Shown: in pieces, positions 1 through 8,393 of the stretch
Layout: each line of letters opens with the position of its first letter
Position numbering within the stretch: the stretch's first letter is position 1
Assembly: GCA_964505085.1 (NCBI GenBank)
Contig: CAZDGP010000002.1
Span: 32,421 to 96,420, forward strand
From: an uncultured Thermoplasmatales archaeon
GTDB lineage: Archaea > Thermoplasmatota > SW-10-69-26 > JACQPN01 > CAZDGP01
Direction: 5' to 3'
DNA: 64,000 nucleotides
Notes under the pieces: generated by a model
Seen by the model: only the letters and a program-made list of their open reading frames with translations
The model's database searches: none
What the model was told of the DNA's origin: nothing
Made by a program: the position numbers and the translations under genes

Positions 1-924
1 CGTGGTGGCCGGCGGACCCCAGAAGAGCTGGGCCTCCCGCCCGCTCATCTCGTACCCGAAGCTCACGGCGCCGGTGCGCTCGTAGGCGGTGTCCACGCTG
101 GAGCCGCTGGCGGGGTAGATGGTGCTCCAGATGGGGCCGCAGTCCTCCACCACGGTGGGGAAGCCCTCGCGGCACACGCGCTCGTACATGGGGCCGTCGT
201 CCGGGTGGGGGTCCACACCCTCGATCCCGTAGGGGTAGAGCCAGAGGTTCCCGCAGCAGTGGATGCTCGCCATGTAATCGGGTTGGAGGCGGTCCCACTG
301 CTCGATGACGGCCCGGGTCTCGGGCTCGCTTGCGGGGTACGGGCCCGGGTTGTTGAAGACGGGGCTCTCCGCGAGGTCGCCCCACCCCACGGGGTAGTTG
401 CGGTTGATGTTCACGAGGTTCCCGTTGAGGCGCCCGATGCCGTTGAGGCTCCCCTCGGGGTTCAGGAGCGGCATGATGAAGGTGTGGCGCTCCTCCACGA
501 TCCACGTGGCGGTGTCGTTCACGCCGTACCCCTCCGCGAGCCATCGCAGCAGGTGCATGACGAACATGACGCCGCTGTACTCGTTGGCGTGGGTGCCGCC
601 GTCCACCCACAGGACCTCACGCTCCTCCAGGGGCGTGCGGTTGGCGTCCTCGAGGTTCGCCACCTCCACGTACCACAGCTCCAGGCCGCGGTCCGTGGTG
701 CCGGCGCTGTGGAGGCGCAGGATATCGGGGTGGTCGTGGGCGAGACGTTCGAGCTCCGCCGTGAGCACGGGGTACGTGGGGTAGACGGTGGCGGGTCCGG
801 CCTCGCTGCTTACAGGGGGTGGAGGTTGGGCCGCCGCTCCCGGCAGGAGACCGGCCACGGGCAGGATGAGGAGGAGCCCCGCCAGGGCCGCGAGGCCCCG
901 CGAGGGGGTGGAGGAAGCACGCAT
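1..924 (-). CDS. Zinc carboxypeptidase, M14 family (N-terminal part; C-terminus runs off the window start). Secreted, with a signal peptide.
   Basis: Minus-strand translation from ATG (922-924) gives MRASSTPSRGLAALAGLLLILPVAGLLPGAAAQ..HANEYSG..NINRNYP..SIHCCGNLWLYPYG. It is a clear paralog of the 4025-5464 gene, with nucleotide-level similarity around 100-280. The track misses it because the ORF has no in-window stop. Confidence 0.8.
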   Translation of the reverse strand, partial: MRASSTPSRGLAALAGLLLILPVAGLLPGAAAQPPPPVSSEAGPATVYPTYPVLTAELERLAHDHPDILRLHSAGTTDRGLELWYVEVANLEDANRTPLEEREVLWVDGGTHANEYSGVMFVMHLLRWLAEGYGVNDTATWIVEERHTFIMPLLNPEGSLNGIGRLNGNLVNINRNYPVGWGDLAESPVFNNPGPYPASEPETRAVIEQWDRLQPDYMASIHCCGNLWLYPYGIEGVDPHPDDGPMYERVCREGFPTVVEDCGPIWSTIYPASGSSVDTAYERTGAVSFGYEMSGREAQLFWGPPATT

Positions 925-944
925 GGACGGGACTTCCACGGAGG

Positions 945-963
945 GCTCATAAGGTTTCTTGTG
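945..963 (-). promoter_or_regulatory. BRE/TATA promoter motif (minus-strand ACAAGAAACCTTATGAG) about 21-40 nt upstream of the carboxypeptidase start. The transcript is likely leaderless.
   Basis: The same extended motif recurs upstream of 5464 and 33065 and is related to 24374, 48965 and 50571. Consensus is AGAAACC-TTA(T/A)(G/A)(A/T). Confidence 0.45.
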
Positions 964-1000
964 CCCGGCGTGCCCACCGCCGGGCGAGGCCGCACCCGGC

Positions 1001-1020
1001 ACCTATAGTTGCCTATAGGT
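1001..1020. repeat. Palindromic element ACCTATAG-ttgc-CTATAGGT (two CCTATAG half-sites, 10-bp spacing).
   Basis: A perfect inverted repeat seen directly. The same architecture occurs at 45747-45767 and as a triplet at 63073-63103. Confidence 0.5.
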
Positions 1021-1090
1021 CGGGGGTGGAGGGGAGGAAAAGGGGGCCCGGGTGCCGCGTCGCCGCGGCAACCCGGTGGCGCCGGCGCCC

Positions 1091-1660
1091 TCAGGACCCC
1101 AGGCTCACCGTCACGGGCACGGGGTTGCGGAGCACGTCCACCACGGGGGAGGTCTCCTGCACGTACTCGCAGAGCTCCACGAGGTCCTCCCGGGGTGCGT
1201 CGGCCTCCACGCTGTAGTTCACGCGGATACCCTCGTACCCGGGGCGCTTCGTCTCCGAGAGGCCGAGGAACGCGTGGAGGTCGAGGTCACCCTCGATCTC
1301 GAAGTCCAGCGACTCCACCTCGATGCCCTTGGCGGCGGCGTTGTACACGAAGCCCACGGCCAGGCACGAGGCCAGAGCGTGGAGCACGGTCTCCACGGCG
1401 TTGGGGCCGGCGTTCTCCCCCAGGAGCACCGGGGGCTCGTCGCCCACGAGGACGAAGGGCTCCTCCCGGCTGATGTCCTCGCCACCGGCGCCGTAGAACC
1501 CCTGGATCTCCGTCTCGGTCCGGCCTCCACCCTGCCACGTGCTGGTGGCGCGGAACTGGAAGCGGGCCAGGTCCGGGTCGCCCTGGATGGCTTCGATGGT
1601 CTTCGTCAGCTTGCTCACGTCTACTCCGTTCACGTTCGTCGCGGTGTCGGTCTGGGTCAT
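1091..1660 (-). CDS. OsmC/Ohr family peroxiredoxin-like protein.
   Basis: 189-aa ORF with an OsmC-like sequence (..ASCLAVGFVYNAAAKGIEVESLDFEIEGDLDL..). ATG at 1658-1660. Confidence 0.8.
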   Translation of the reverse strand: MTQTDTATNVNGVDVSKLTKTIEAIQGDPDLARFQFRATSTWQGGGRTETEIQGFYGAGGEDISREEPFVLVGDEPPVLLGENAGPNAVETVLHALASCLAVGFVYNAAAKGIEVESLDFEIEGDLDLHAFLGLSETKRPGYEGIRVNYSVEADAPREDLVELCEYVQETSPVVDVLRNPVPVTVSLGS

Positions 1661-1742
1661 GGCGGTTCTCTCCTTGGTGTCGTTGGGTTGAGGCGTATGC
1701 AGGGATGGAGGGGTCTCGACCCCTCCGGGGCGGTTGCGGAGC

Positions 1743-2543
1743 TCACGCGTCCTTCCGGGCGGTCACCACCAGGGCTTCGGCCTCGTAGTGCGCGGCGGTC
1801 TCCCGGGCGTCCTCCCGCGGTGCGGCCGAGAAGTAGTCCAGCCGGTGCTGGACCTCCACGTCCTGGAACCCGGCGGCGCGGATGGCGTCGAGGTAGTCCT
1901 CCTGGAGGATGGCACCGGCGATGCAAGCGGCCCACAGCTCCCCGTCGCACCGGGCGGCGTCGGGGATCGCCTTGTTCACCACGATGTCCGCGAGCTGGAG
2001 GCGCCCGCCGGGAGCGAGGACGCGGTGGACCTCCTGGAAGGCCGCCTCCTTGTCCGGCACGAGGTTCACGACGCCGTTGCTGGTGACGACGTCCACGGAC
2101 GCGTCCGGGAGGGGGATGCGCTCGCCGGCGTCCCCGTGGAGCACCATGGCGTTGTGGGCGTCCACGGCGCGGATGTTCGCCAGGGCCCGGCTCAGCATGG
2201 CGGTGGTCATGTCGAGGCCCAGGGCGAGGCCGCTCTCCCCCACGCGGTCCGCGGCGATGAGGAGGTCGGTGCCGCTTCCGGAGCCTACGTCGAGGACGGT
2301 GTCGCCGGGTTGGATGGCCTCCGCGAGGAAGGGGTAGCCCACGCCGGCGAAGCTCCGGAGCGCCTCGTGGGGCAGGGGGTCCAGGTCGCTGGCGGGGTAG
2401 CCCACGAACTCCGCGGCCTTCCGGCCCACGGGGAAGTGGAGGTCCCCGCTGGGGTCGTCGGCCACGGTCGTGTACATGTCGGTGACGTTCTCGCGGAGGT
2501 CCGCGGGATCCGGCGCTTCGTCCACGGTCTTCGTTGGTGCCAT
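1743..2543 (-). CDS. SAM-dependent methyltransferase, ArsM-like (arsenite/thiol methyltransferase family).
   Basis: VLDVGSGSGTDLL SAM motif, C-terminal LWAACIAGAIL Cys motif typical of ArsM, and a DVVTSNGVVNL motif. Confidence 0.8.
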   Translation of the reverse strand: MAPTKTVDEAPDPADLRENVTDMYTTVADDPSGDLHFPVGRKAAEFVGYPASDLDPLPHEALRSFAGVGYPFLAEAIQPGDTVLDVGSGSGTDLLIAADRVGESGLALGLDMTTAMLSRALANIRAVDAHNAMVLHGDAGERIPLPDASVDVVTSNGVVNLVPDKEAAFQEVHRVLAPGGRLQLADIVVNKAIPDAARCDGELWAACIAGAILQEDYLDAIRAAGFQDVEVQHRLDYFSAAPREDARETAAHYEAEALVVTARKDA

Positions 2544-2715
2544 GGGTCCCCATTAGGTGCGAGGGACCATGAGGGTGTCAAGTTCGGAAAGCCCAAGTGA
2601 GAAATCCTTGAAGCACGCGGAGGTGGAAACCCCCCGGGGTGGAAAACCTCAACCCCGCGGTCCTGGACGGGTCCGTGAAGAACACTTGAAGGCTTCGGTC
2701 GTGGAAACCCCCGCG

Positions 2716-3528
2716 TCAGGGGGCGCGGGCGGTGAGCACCCAGGCGAAGGCGCCAAGGTCCTCGGCGATCTCCCGGGTGGTTTCGGAGGGGCTGGTGGCG
2801 AAGTAGTCCCGGCGCCCGTGCACCGTGATATCCTCGAAGCCCACGTCCTCCAGCGCCTCCCGGTAGGCTTCCTCCGTGAAGGCGCCCGCGAGGCACTCCG
2901 CCCAGAGGCTCGCGTCGGCGCGGCACGCGGCACTGGGCGGCACCTCCAGCACGATGTCGGCGAGCGTCAGGCGCGCGCCGGGCGCCATGAGGTCCACCAG
3001 GCGCTCCAGGGTCGCCTCCTTCTCCGGCACGAGGTTGAGGACGCCGTTGCTCGTCACCACGTCGTAGGGTGGCCCGGGCGGGTCCAGGTCGGGGGCGCGG
3101 GCTTCCACGACCTCCACGTTCCCCAGGTTCGCCTCGTCGGCGGCGCTTCGGGCCACGCGGACCATGGCCTCGGTGGCGTCCATCCCCACCGCCATCCCGT
3201 CGTCCCCCACGGCGCGGGCGGCGATGAGCAGGTCGGTGCCGGCGCCGCACCCGAGGTCGAGCACATGCTCTCCCGGTTCGAGATGTACCTGTTGGAGGGG
3301 GTTGCCCACACCGGCGAAGCGCTCCAGCGCCGCATCCGGGAGCCACGCGATCTCCTCCTCCAGGTACCCTGCGTTCCGGGCGGCCTCCGGGCCTGTGGGG
3401 AAGTGGAACCCCGCGTCGGGGTCCTCTGCCACCTCGTTGTAGAGCTCCTGCACGGCGCGGCCGATCTCCTCACCGATGAGGTTGAGGATGCGGAGCCGGT
3501 CCAACGCCTTGGGCGTGGGACGCGTCAT
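2716..3528 (-). CDS. SAM-dependent methyltransferase, ArsM-like (tandem paralog of 1743-2543).
   Basis: VLDLGCGAGTDLL, DVVTSNGVLNL and LWAECLAGAF motifs. The likely start is ATG 3526-3528 (GTG at 3531 also possible), about 22 nt from the shared TATA, so leaderless. Confidence 0.8.
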   Translation of the reverse strand: MTRPTPKALDRLRILNLIGEEIGRAVQELYNEVAEDPDAGFHFPTGPEAARNAGYLEEEIAWLPDAALERFAGVGNPLQQVHLEPGEHVLDLGCGAGTDLLIAARAVGDDGMAVGMDATEAMVRVARSAADEANLGNVEVVEARAPDLDPPGPPYDVVTSNGVLNLVPEKEATLERLVDLMAPGARLTLADIVLEVPPSAACRADASLWAECLAGAFTEEAYREALEDVGFEDITVHGRRDYFATSPSETTREIAEDLGAFAWVLTARAP

Positions 3529-3547
3529 CACCTCAACATCCCCATCG

Positions 3548-3562
3548 AGAACTTATATAGCT
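3548..3562. promoter_or_regulatory. Bidirectional TATA box (AACTTATATAGC, near-palindromic) shared by the divergent genes at 3528 (-) and 3581 (+).
   Basis: The TATA-like TTATATAG is about 22-25 nt from both start codons. BRE-like AGAAC/CAAGAAG flank it on each strand. Confidence 0.5.
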
Positions 3563-3580
3563 TCTTGTAGATGGGAACGT

Positions 3581-3994
3581 ATGAGCCGTGTAGGTCGTCC
3601 CCGGAGCGTGGAGCGGCCACCCTGCCCCGAGTGCGAGCGGGAGGACCGCGTGGTGGCCCACGGTCTCCGCACCGTGGACGGGGAGCCCCGGCGGAGGTTC
3701 CGGTGCGAGCGCTGCGGCAAGGGGTTCGTGCCCGGTGCCGAGGACAGACGGCCCGACGATGCGGTGCGGGCGGCGGTGCGCAGGGTTCGGGGGGAGACCG
3801 ACGCCAGCTACCGGCTCCTCGCCGACGCTCTCACGAACCACCTGGGCATCGACGTGAGCCACACCACCGTGGGGACGTGGTGCCGCGCGGAGGCGGATGA
3901 CGACGCGGTGGAGGGGGTGCCCTGTGAGTACCTCAGCCTCCTGTGGGCGCTCCGCCAGGAGATCGAGACGGACCTCCCCGGCGACGGATCGTAA
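3581..3994 (+). CDS. IS1 InsA-like zinc-ribbon plus HTH protein (solo orfA-like gene; no transposase orfB adjacent).
   Basis: CPECEREDRVVAHG..RFRCERCGKGF (two CxxC pairs) followed by an HTH-like LLADALTNHLGIDVSHTTVGTWCR, matching the InsA layout. The start is taken at the internal ATG 3581, 25 nt after the TATA; the longer track ORF is an N-terminal over-extension. Confidence 0.5.
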   Translation: MSRVGRPRSVERPPCPECEREDRVVAHGLRTVDGEPRRRFRCERCGKGFVPGAEDRRPDDAVRAAVRRVRGETDASYRLLADALTNHLGIDVSHTTVGTWCRAEADDDAVEGVPCEYLSLLWALRQEIETDLPGDGS

Positions 3995-4024
3995 CCTCCC
4001 CGCGCCGCCATGGGGCCGGGTCCG

Positions 4025-5464
4025 CTACGTGCGACCCCGCCGGTGCCGGAGGACGAGCCCCGCCGCCACGAGCGCCACCAGGGACAGGGCCGGGGGCACG
4101 GGCACCTCGGCACCCGTGGCGCCGGCGGCGCTCGCGCCGCCGGTGGCCTGGAGGTCCACCCCGTCCTCCACGGTGCCGTTCTCGAGGCTCGCTTCACCCT
4201 CGGTGGGCAGGGTGAGGACGTACCGGTGGAGGCCGCGCTTGTCGTCCAGGGGCCGCTTCTTGTAGGAGATCGTGACCTGGTGCTCGCCCTCGCTCAGGGG
4301 CTCGGGCAGGAGCACGCTCGTGGCGTTGCCGGCGGCCACGCCGGGCACGGTGACGGTGCGCTCCTCACCGCGGTCGTCCACCACGGTGACGGTGGCGTCG
4401 GTGAGGTTGCCCCAGCCCACGTTCTCCAGGTCCAGCACCAGACCCTCGTCCTCCCCGTGGACGTCCACAGCCTGGAGGTTCGCACCGTAGAGGTGCACGT
4501 TCAGGAACGCGTGCTGGAGGGCACGCCAGGACTCCCGCTCCATCTCCTCGATCTGCTCCGTGTACGCTGGCGGCCCCCAGGGGAAGCCCTTGCTGTTGCG
4601 GCCGCTCATCTCGAAGCTCCAGCTGTTGGCGCCCGTGAGCTCGTACCCGCTGTCGCTCGTGATGCCGCTGGCGGGGTAGATGGTGCTCCAGGTCTCGCCG
4701 CAGTCCTCCCGCACATCGTGCAGGACCTCGTCGCAGATGCTCTCGTACACCTGCCGGTCGTCGGGGTGGGCGTGGCGGCCCTCGATGCCGTAGGGGTAGA
4801 GCCAGAGGTTGCCGCAGCAGTGGATGCTGAGGACGTAGTCGGGGTCCACCTCCTCCCACACGCCCATGACCGCCCGGGTCTCGGGCTCGCTGGCGGGGTA
4901 GGGTCCGGGGTTGTTCACCACGGGGGTCTCGTCCACGTCGTACCATCCCACGGGGAAGTTCCGGTTGATGTTCACGCCCTTGTCGTTGAGGCGGCCCACC
5001 CCGTTCATGCTCCCCTCGGGGTTCACCAGGGGCAGCACCACGGTGTGGCGGTTCTCCACGATCCATGTGGCGGTGTCGTTCTCCCCGTACCCCTCCACGA
5101 GCTCCCGGAGCGCGTGCATGGTGAAGATGACGCCGATGTACTCGTTGGCGTGGGTGCCCCCGTCGATGTAGAGGACCTCCCGCTCGTCCAGGGGCTTCCG
5201 GTCCTCGTCCTCGAAGTTCGCCACCTCCACCCACCACAGGTCGAAGCCGGCGCTGGACTGCCCCGCGCTGTGGAGCCGTAGGATGTCCTTGTGCTCGGTG
5301 GCCATACCCCGGAGCTCCGCCGTGAGCACGGGGTACGTGGGGTAGGCCTTCGCGGGTCCGGCGGTGCTGCTCACGGGAGGGCTCTGGGCTGCCGCTCCCG
5401 GGATGATGGAGGCGCCCGGGAGCACGAGCGTGAGCGCGAGGATGAGGGGAAGCGCGCGCTTCAT
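4025..5464 (-). CDS. Zinc carboxypeptidase, M14 family. Secreted, with a C-terminal hydrophobic anchor and basic tail.
   Basis: 479 aa with an N-terminal signal peptide. M14 motifs are HANEYIG, NINRNFP and SIHCCGNLWLYPYG. The C-terminus ..PPALSLVALVAAGLVLRHRRGRT resembles an archaeosortase-type sorting signal. Confidence 0.9.
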   Translation of the reverse strand: MKRALPLILALTLVLPGASIIPGAAAQSPPVSSTAGPAKAYPTYPVLTAELRGMATEHKDILRLHSAGQSSAGFDLWWVEVANFEDEDRKPLDEREVLYIDGGTHANEYIGVIFTMHALRELVEGYGENDTATWIVENRHTVVLPLVNPEGSMNGVGRLNDKGVNINRNFPVGWYDVDETPVVNNPGPYPASEPETRAVMGVWEEVDPDYVLSIHCCGNLWLYPYGIEGRHAHPDDRQVYESICDEVLHDVREDCGETWSTIYPASGITSDSGYELTGANSWSFEMSGRNSKGFPWGPPAYTEQIEEMERESWRALQHAFLNVHLYGANLQAVDVHGEDEGLVLDLENVGWGNLTDATVTVVDDRGEERTVTVPGVAAGNATSVLLPEPLSEGEHQVTISYKKRPLDDKRGLHRYVLTLPTEGEASLENGTVEDGVDLQATGGASAAGATGAEVPVPPALSLVALVAAGLVLRHRRGRT

Positions 5465-5488
5465 GGAGCCCCCAGCTTGAGGAGGGCT

Positions 5489-5503
5489 TCATAAGGTTTC
5501 TTG
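5489..5503 (-). promoter_or_regulatory. BRE/TATA promoter motif (minus-strand ACAAGAAACCTTATG) upstream of the carboxypeptidase gene at 5464.
   Basis: Same motif as at 945-963 and 33088-33105. Confidence 0.45.
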
Positions 5504-5550
5504 TAGCACGGCTCCCCGCCCCACGAGCCCCCCGGAGGGTCACGTCGTGG

Positions 5551-7188
5551 TCATGGTGCCGCGGGCAACGTGAACCGGAACGTGGTCCCCTCCCCGCCGG
5601 GAGCGGTCTCGATGCTGACCTCCCCGCCGTAGCTCTCCACGATGCGCTTCACGATGGCGAGGCCGATGCCGGTGCCGTCGGCACCGGACTTGGGGTGGAG
5701 GCGCTGGAAGATGTCGAAGACACGGTCCCTGTGGCGCTCCGGGATGCCCATGCCGTTGTCGGTGATGCGGAAGGCCACCATCCCGTCCTCCTCCCGGGCG
5801 TCCACCTCCACCTCCGGGGGGACGTCGGGGCGGTGGAACTTCAACGCGTTGGAGAGGAGGTTCGTGAGGACCTGCGCCAGGTGCGTGGGGTCCACCTCCA
5901 CCACCGGGAGAGCCTCCTCCACGTGGACGGTGCCGCCGGTGGACTCGATGGTCCCGTCCAGGTCCGCGAGCACCGACGCCAGCACCTGCTCTGGGTCCAC
6001 GAGGCGCGCGTGCCCGTCACCGCTTTGCAACTGCGCGTAGGAGAGCAGGTCCTTCACGATGGCGTCCATGCGCTCGACCCCGTCCCGGGCGAACTCGATG
6101 TACTCCCGCGCCTCCTCCGGGAGGTCCTCGCCGTATCGGCGCTCCAGGAGCTGGACGTAGCTCCCCACGGTGCGCAGGGGGCTGCGGAGGTCGTGGCTCG
6201 CCACGAGGGCGTACCGCTCCAGCTCCTGGTTCGAGACCTCGAGCTCCCGGAGCACCCGGGCGCGTTGCGTAACGTCCGTGGAGACACCCACCACGCGCTC
6301 CACCTCACCGTCGGGACCGAAGACCGGTTGGTACCACGTGTCCAGCACCACGTCCCCCAGGTCGAGCTCCACCCGCAGCTGCTCCCCCTCGAGGGCTGCG
6401 TCCAGAGCGTCGAGAACCTCCGGGAAGTCCGCGTACATCTCGAAGGCGTCGTTCCCCACGGCCTCGTGGGGTTCCAACCCCAACGCCGAGAGGCCGCGTC
6501 CATCGCTGAAGGTGATGGTCCCGCCGGGGTCCAGGGCGAAGAGGATGATGGGCGCGCCCTCCACCACCGTGCGGAGGTGCGCCTGGCTTCGCTCCAGCTC
6601 CTCCTTGGCTTCCCGGGTCTCCTCCATGAGAGCCCGCATGCGCTCCCGACCCCGGGACTGTGCCAGGGTCTCCTCCGCCAGGAGACCCCCCAGCGCCCCC
6701 ACGAAGACGATGTAGAGGCTCTGCAGCGCCCACTCGCCGAGGTTCGCGGTGAGCTCGCCGGCGAAGGCGAGCATGGCGCCGTAGGCCAAACCGTACCCGA
6801 CGCTCACCACGAGGGTCTCCCGGAGGTCGTAGCGGAAGGCGATGGCGGCGATGCTCACGTACCACAGCATGAAGAAGGGGCTCGAGAAGACCCCGGTGGC
6901 GAGGATCCAGAACGTGATGAGGCCCGCGTCCGAGATGGAGGTGAAGTAGCTCGTGAGGACCACGGGGAAGTGCCGGTAGGGCTCGAAGAGGATGGTGCCG
7001 GCGGAGTAGGCCCCCGCGACGCCGATGATGGTGTAGGCGAGCCAGGGGATGGTGCCCGACTTCTCCATGAGGAGGAGGTAGAAGAGGCTGTTCACCGCCA
7101 CCACCGCGAAGCGCACGATGGCTACGTTGCGCTCCGCCGCGTAGACCTTCTCGGCGACGGCCTGGTCATCGAAGGAGGGCGGAGCCAT
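5551..7188 (-). CDS. Sensor histidine kinase (N-terminal multi-TM domain, PAS, HisKA, HATPase_c).
   Basis: HisKA H-box LVASHDLRSPL, N/G boxes LSNALKF..ITDNGMGIP..GTGIGLAIV, and an N-terminal hydrophobic region. Confidence 0.9.
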   Translation of the reverse strand: MAPPSFDDQAVAEKVYAAERNVAIVRFAVVAVNSLFYLLLMEKSGTIPWLAYTIIGVAGAYSAGTILFEPYRHFPVVLTSYFTSISDAGLITFWILATGVFSSPFFMLWYVSIAAIAFRYDLRETLVVSVGYGLAYGAMLAFAGELTANLGEWALQSLYIVFVGALGGLLAEETLAQSRGRERMRALMEETREAKEELERSQAHLRTVVEGAPIILFALDPGGTITFSDGRGLSALGLEPHEAVGNDAFEMYADFPEVLDALDAALEGEQLRVELDLGDVVLDTWYQPVFGPDGEVERVVGVSTDVTQRARVLRELEVSNQELERYALVASHDLRSPLRTVGSYVQLLERRYGEDLPEEAREYIEFARDGVERMDAIVKDLLSYAQLQSGDGHARLVDPEQVLASVLADLDGTIESTGGTVHVEEALPVVEVDPTHLAQVLTNLLSNALKFHRPDVPPEVEVDAREEDGMVAFRITDNGMGIPERHRDRVFDIFQRLHPKSGADGTGIGLAIVKRIVESYGGEVSIETAPGGEGTTFRFTLPAAP

Positions 7189-7257
7189 GGTGATCGACTA
7201 CCGGTCTGGTGGGTGTCCCGGGGAGCAGGAGGAGGGTCCCGGGCCGGCTCCGCGTCG

Positions 7258-8388
7258 TTAGGAGGCGGCGGGGAGCTCCACCGTGAACGTGGTGCCGTCG
7301 GAGCCCGTCTCGAACGTGATGGTACCTTCGTGGGACTCCACGATGCGCCGTGCGATGCTGAGGCCCAAGCCGTCGTTCCCCTCCTGGGTGCTGAAGAAGG
7401 GATCGAAGATCCGGTCCTGGACGTCGGAGGGGATGCCGGGTCCGGAGTCCCGCACGCGGAGCACCGCGCTCCCGTCCTCGGTGTCGGTCTCGAGCACCAC
7501 GCTGCCCTCGCGGCTGCCCACGGCCTCCGTGGCGTTGGTGAGGAGGGCCAGGACCACCTGCTGGACCTGGGGCGTGTTCACGAGCACCGCGGGCGTGGGG
7601 TGGAGGTCCGTCTTCACCTTCACGCCCCGGTCGTCCGCAGGTGCGAAGAGGTCAAGTGCCTCCTCCGCCACCTCCTGCAGATCGCGTTCCTCCCGGTCCT
7701 CGGGGCCGGTGCGGTAGAAGCGCCGGAGGTCCCGGAGGTGCCGGTTGATGCGGTCCACGGCCTCCATGGAGCCCACGGTGGCCTCGTTCACCTGCTCCAT
7801 GAGGTTGGGGAGGTCCGCGTCACCTTCGTCGGCTGCCGCGTTCACGCGGCGTCGGATCTCGAAGAGGTTGTTGCTGATGGTCTCGGTGAAGCTGTTGATC
7901 TCGTTGGCCACGTCGCTCACGAGGGCGCCCATGGTGCTGAGCTTCTCCGTCATGCTGAGCTTCCTGCGGAGCTCCTCCATCTCCCGGGTCGCCTGGTGGC
8001 GCTCCATGGCGTAGCGCATGACGCGGGCCAGGAGGTTCCCCGTGTACTCGCCCTTCACCACGTAGTCCTGGGCGCCCTCCTTCAGGGTGTCCAGCGCCAT
8101 CCGCTCGTCCTCCAGCCCCGTGAGCACCACGATGGGGATGCGGGTCGCGGCGTTCCGCATGCGACGCACGGTGTCGAGGCCGGAGCTGTCGGGGAGGCTC
8201 AGGTCCAGGAGGGCCACGTCGAACTCCCGTTCCGCCACCGCCTGCAGCCCGTCCGCGAGGTTGTCCTCGTGCACCAGGTCGATGCGGAGGTTCTGCACGT
8301 CCTTCAGCTCCTCCTCGATGAGGCGGGCGTCGCCGGGGTTGTCCTCGATCAGGAGCACGTCCATCTCGTCGGTGGTCACGATGTTCAC
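7258..8388 (-). CDS. Hybrid response regulator/histidine-kinase-like protein (REC, then HisKA-like, then HATPase_c).
   Basis: N-terminal receiver (DVLLIEDNPGD..LLDLSLPD..), C-terminal LTNATEA..VRDSGPGIP..GLGLSIARRIV. Confidence 0.85.
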   Translation of the reverse strand: MNIVTTDEMDVLLIEDNPGDARLIEEELKDVQNLRIDLVHEDNLADGLQAVAEREFDVALLDLSLPDSSGLDTVRRMRNAATRIPIVVLTGLEDERMALDTLKEGAQDYVVKGEYTGNLLARVMRYAMERHQATREMEELRRKLSMTEKLSTMGALVSDVANEINSFTETISNNLFEIRRRVNAAADEGDADLPNLMEQVNEATVGSMEAVDRINRHLRDLRRFYRTGPEDREERDLQEVAEEALDLFAPADDRGVKVKTDLHPTPAVLVNTPQVQQVVLALLTNATEAVGSREGSVVLETDTEDGSAVLRVRDSGPGIPSDVQDRIFDPFFSTQEGNDGLGLSIARRIVESHEGTITFETGSDGTTFTVELPAAS

Positions 8389-8393
8389 GTCCT

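Noticed and set aside
1052-2086. Long Arg/Pro/Gly-rich six-frame ORFs here and elsewhere (for example 12913-15309, 16785-18722, 20273-21466, 25463-27394, 37116-39215, 50505-52280, 54147-56705).
   Set aside because: They have extreme Arg/Pro/Gly/His composition and low complexity. They lie antisense or frame-shifted to ORFs with clear homology. This is the typical artefact of a 70 percent GC genome.
3476-3994. Complete IS element around the InsA-like gene.
   Set aside because: No transposase catalytic ORF (orfB/DDE) and no terminal inverted repeats were recognisable. Only the orfA-like gene is present.
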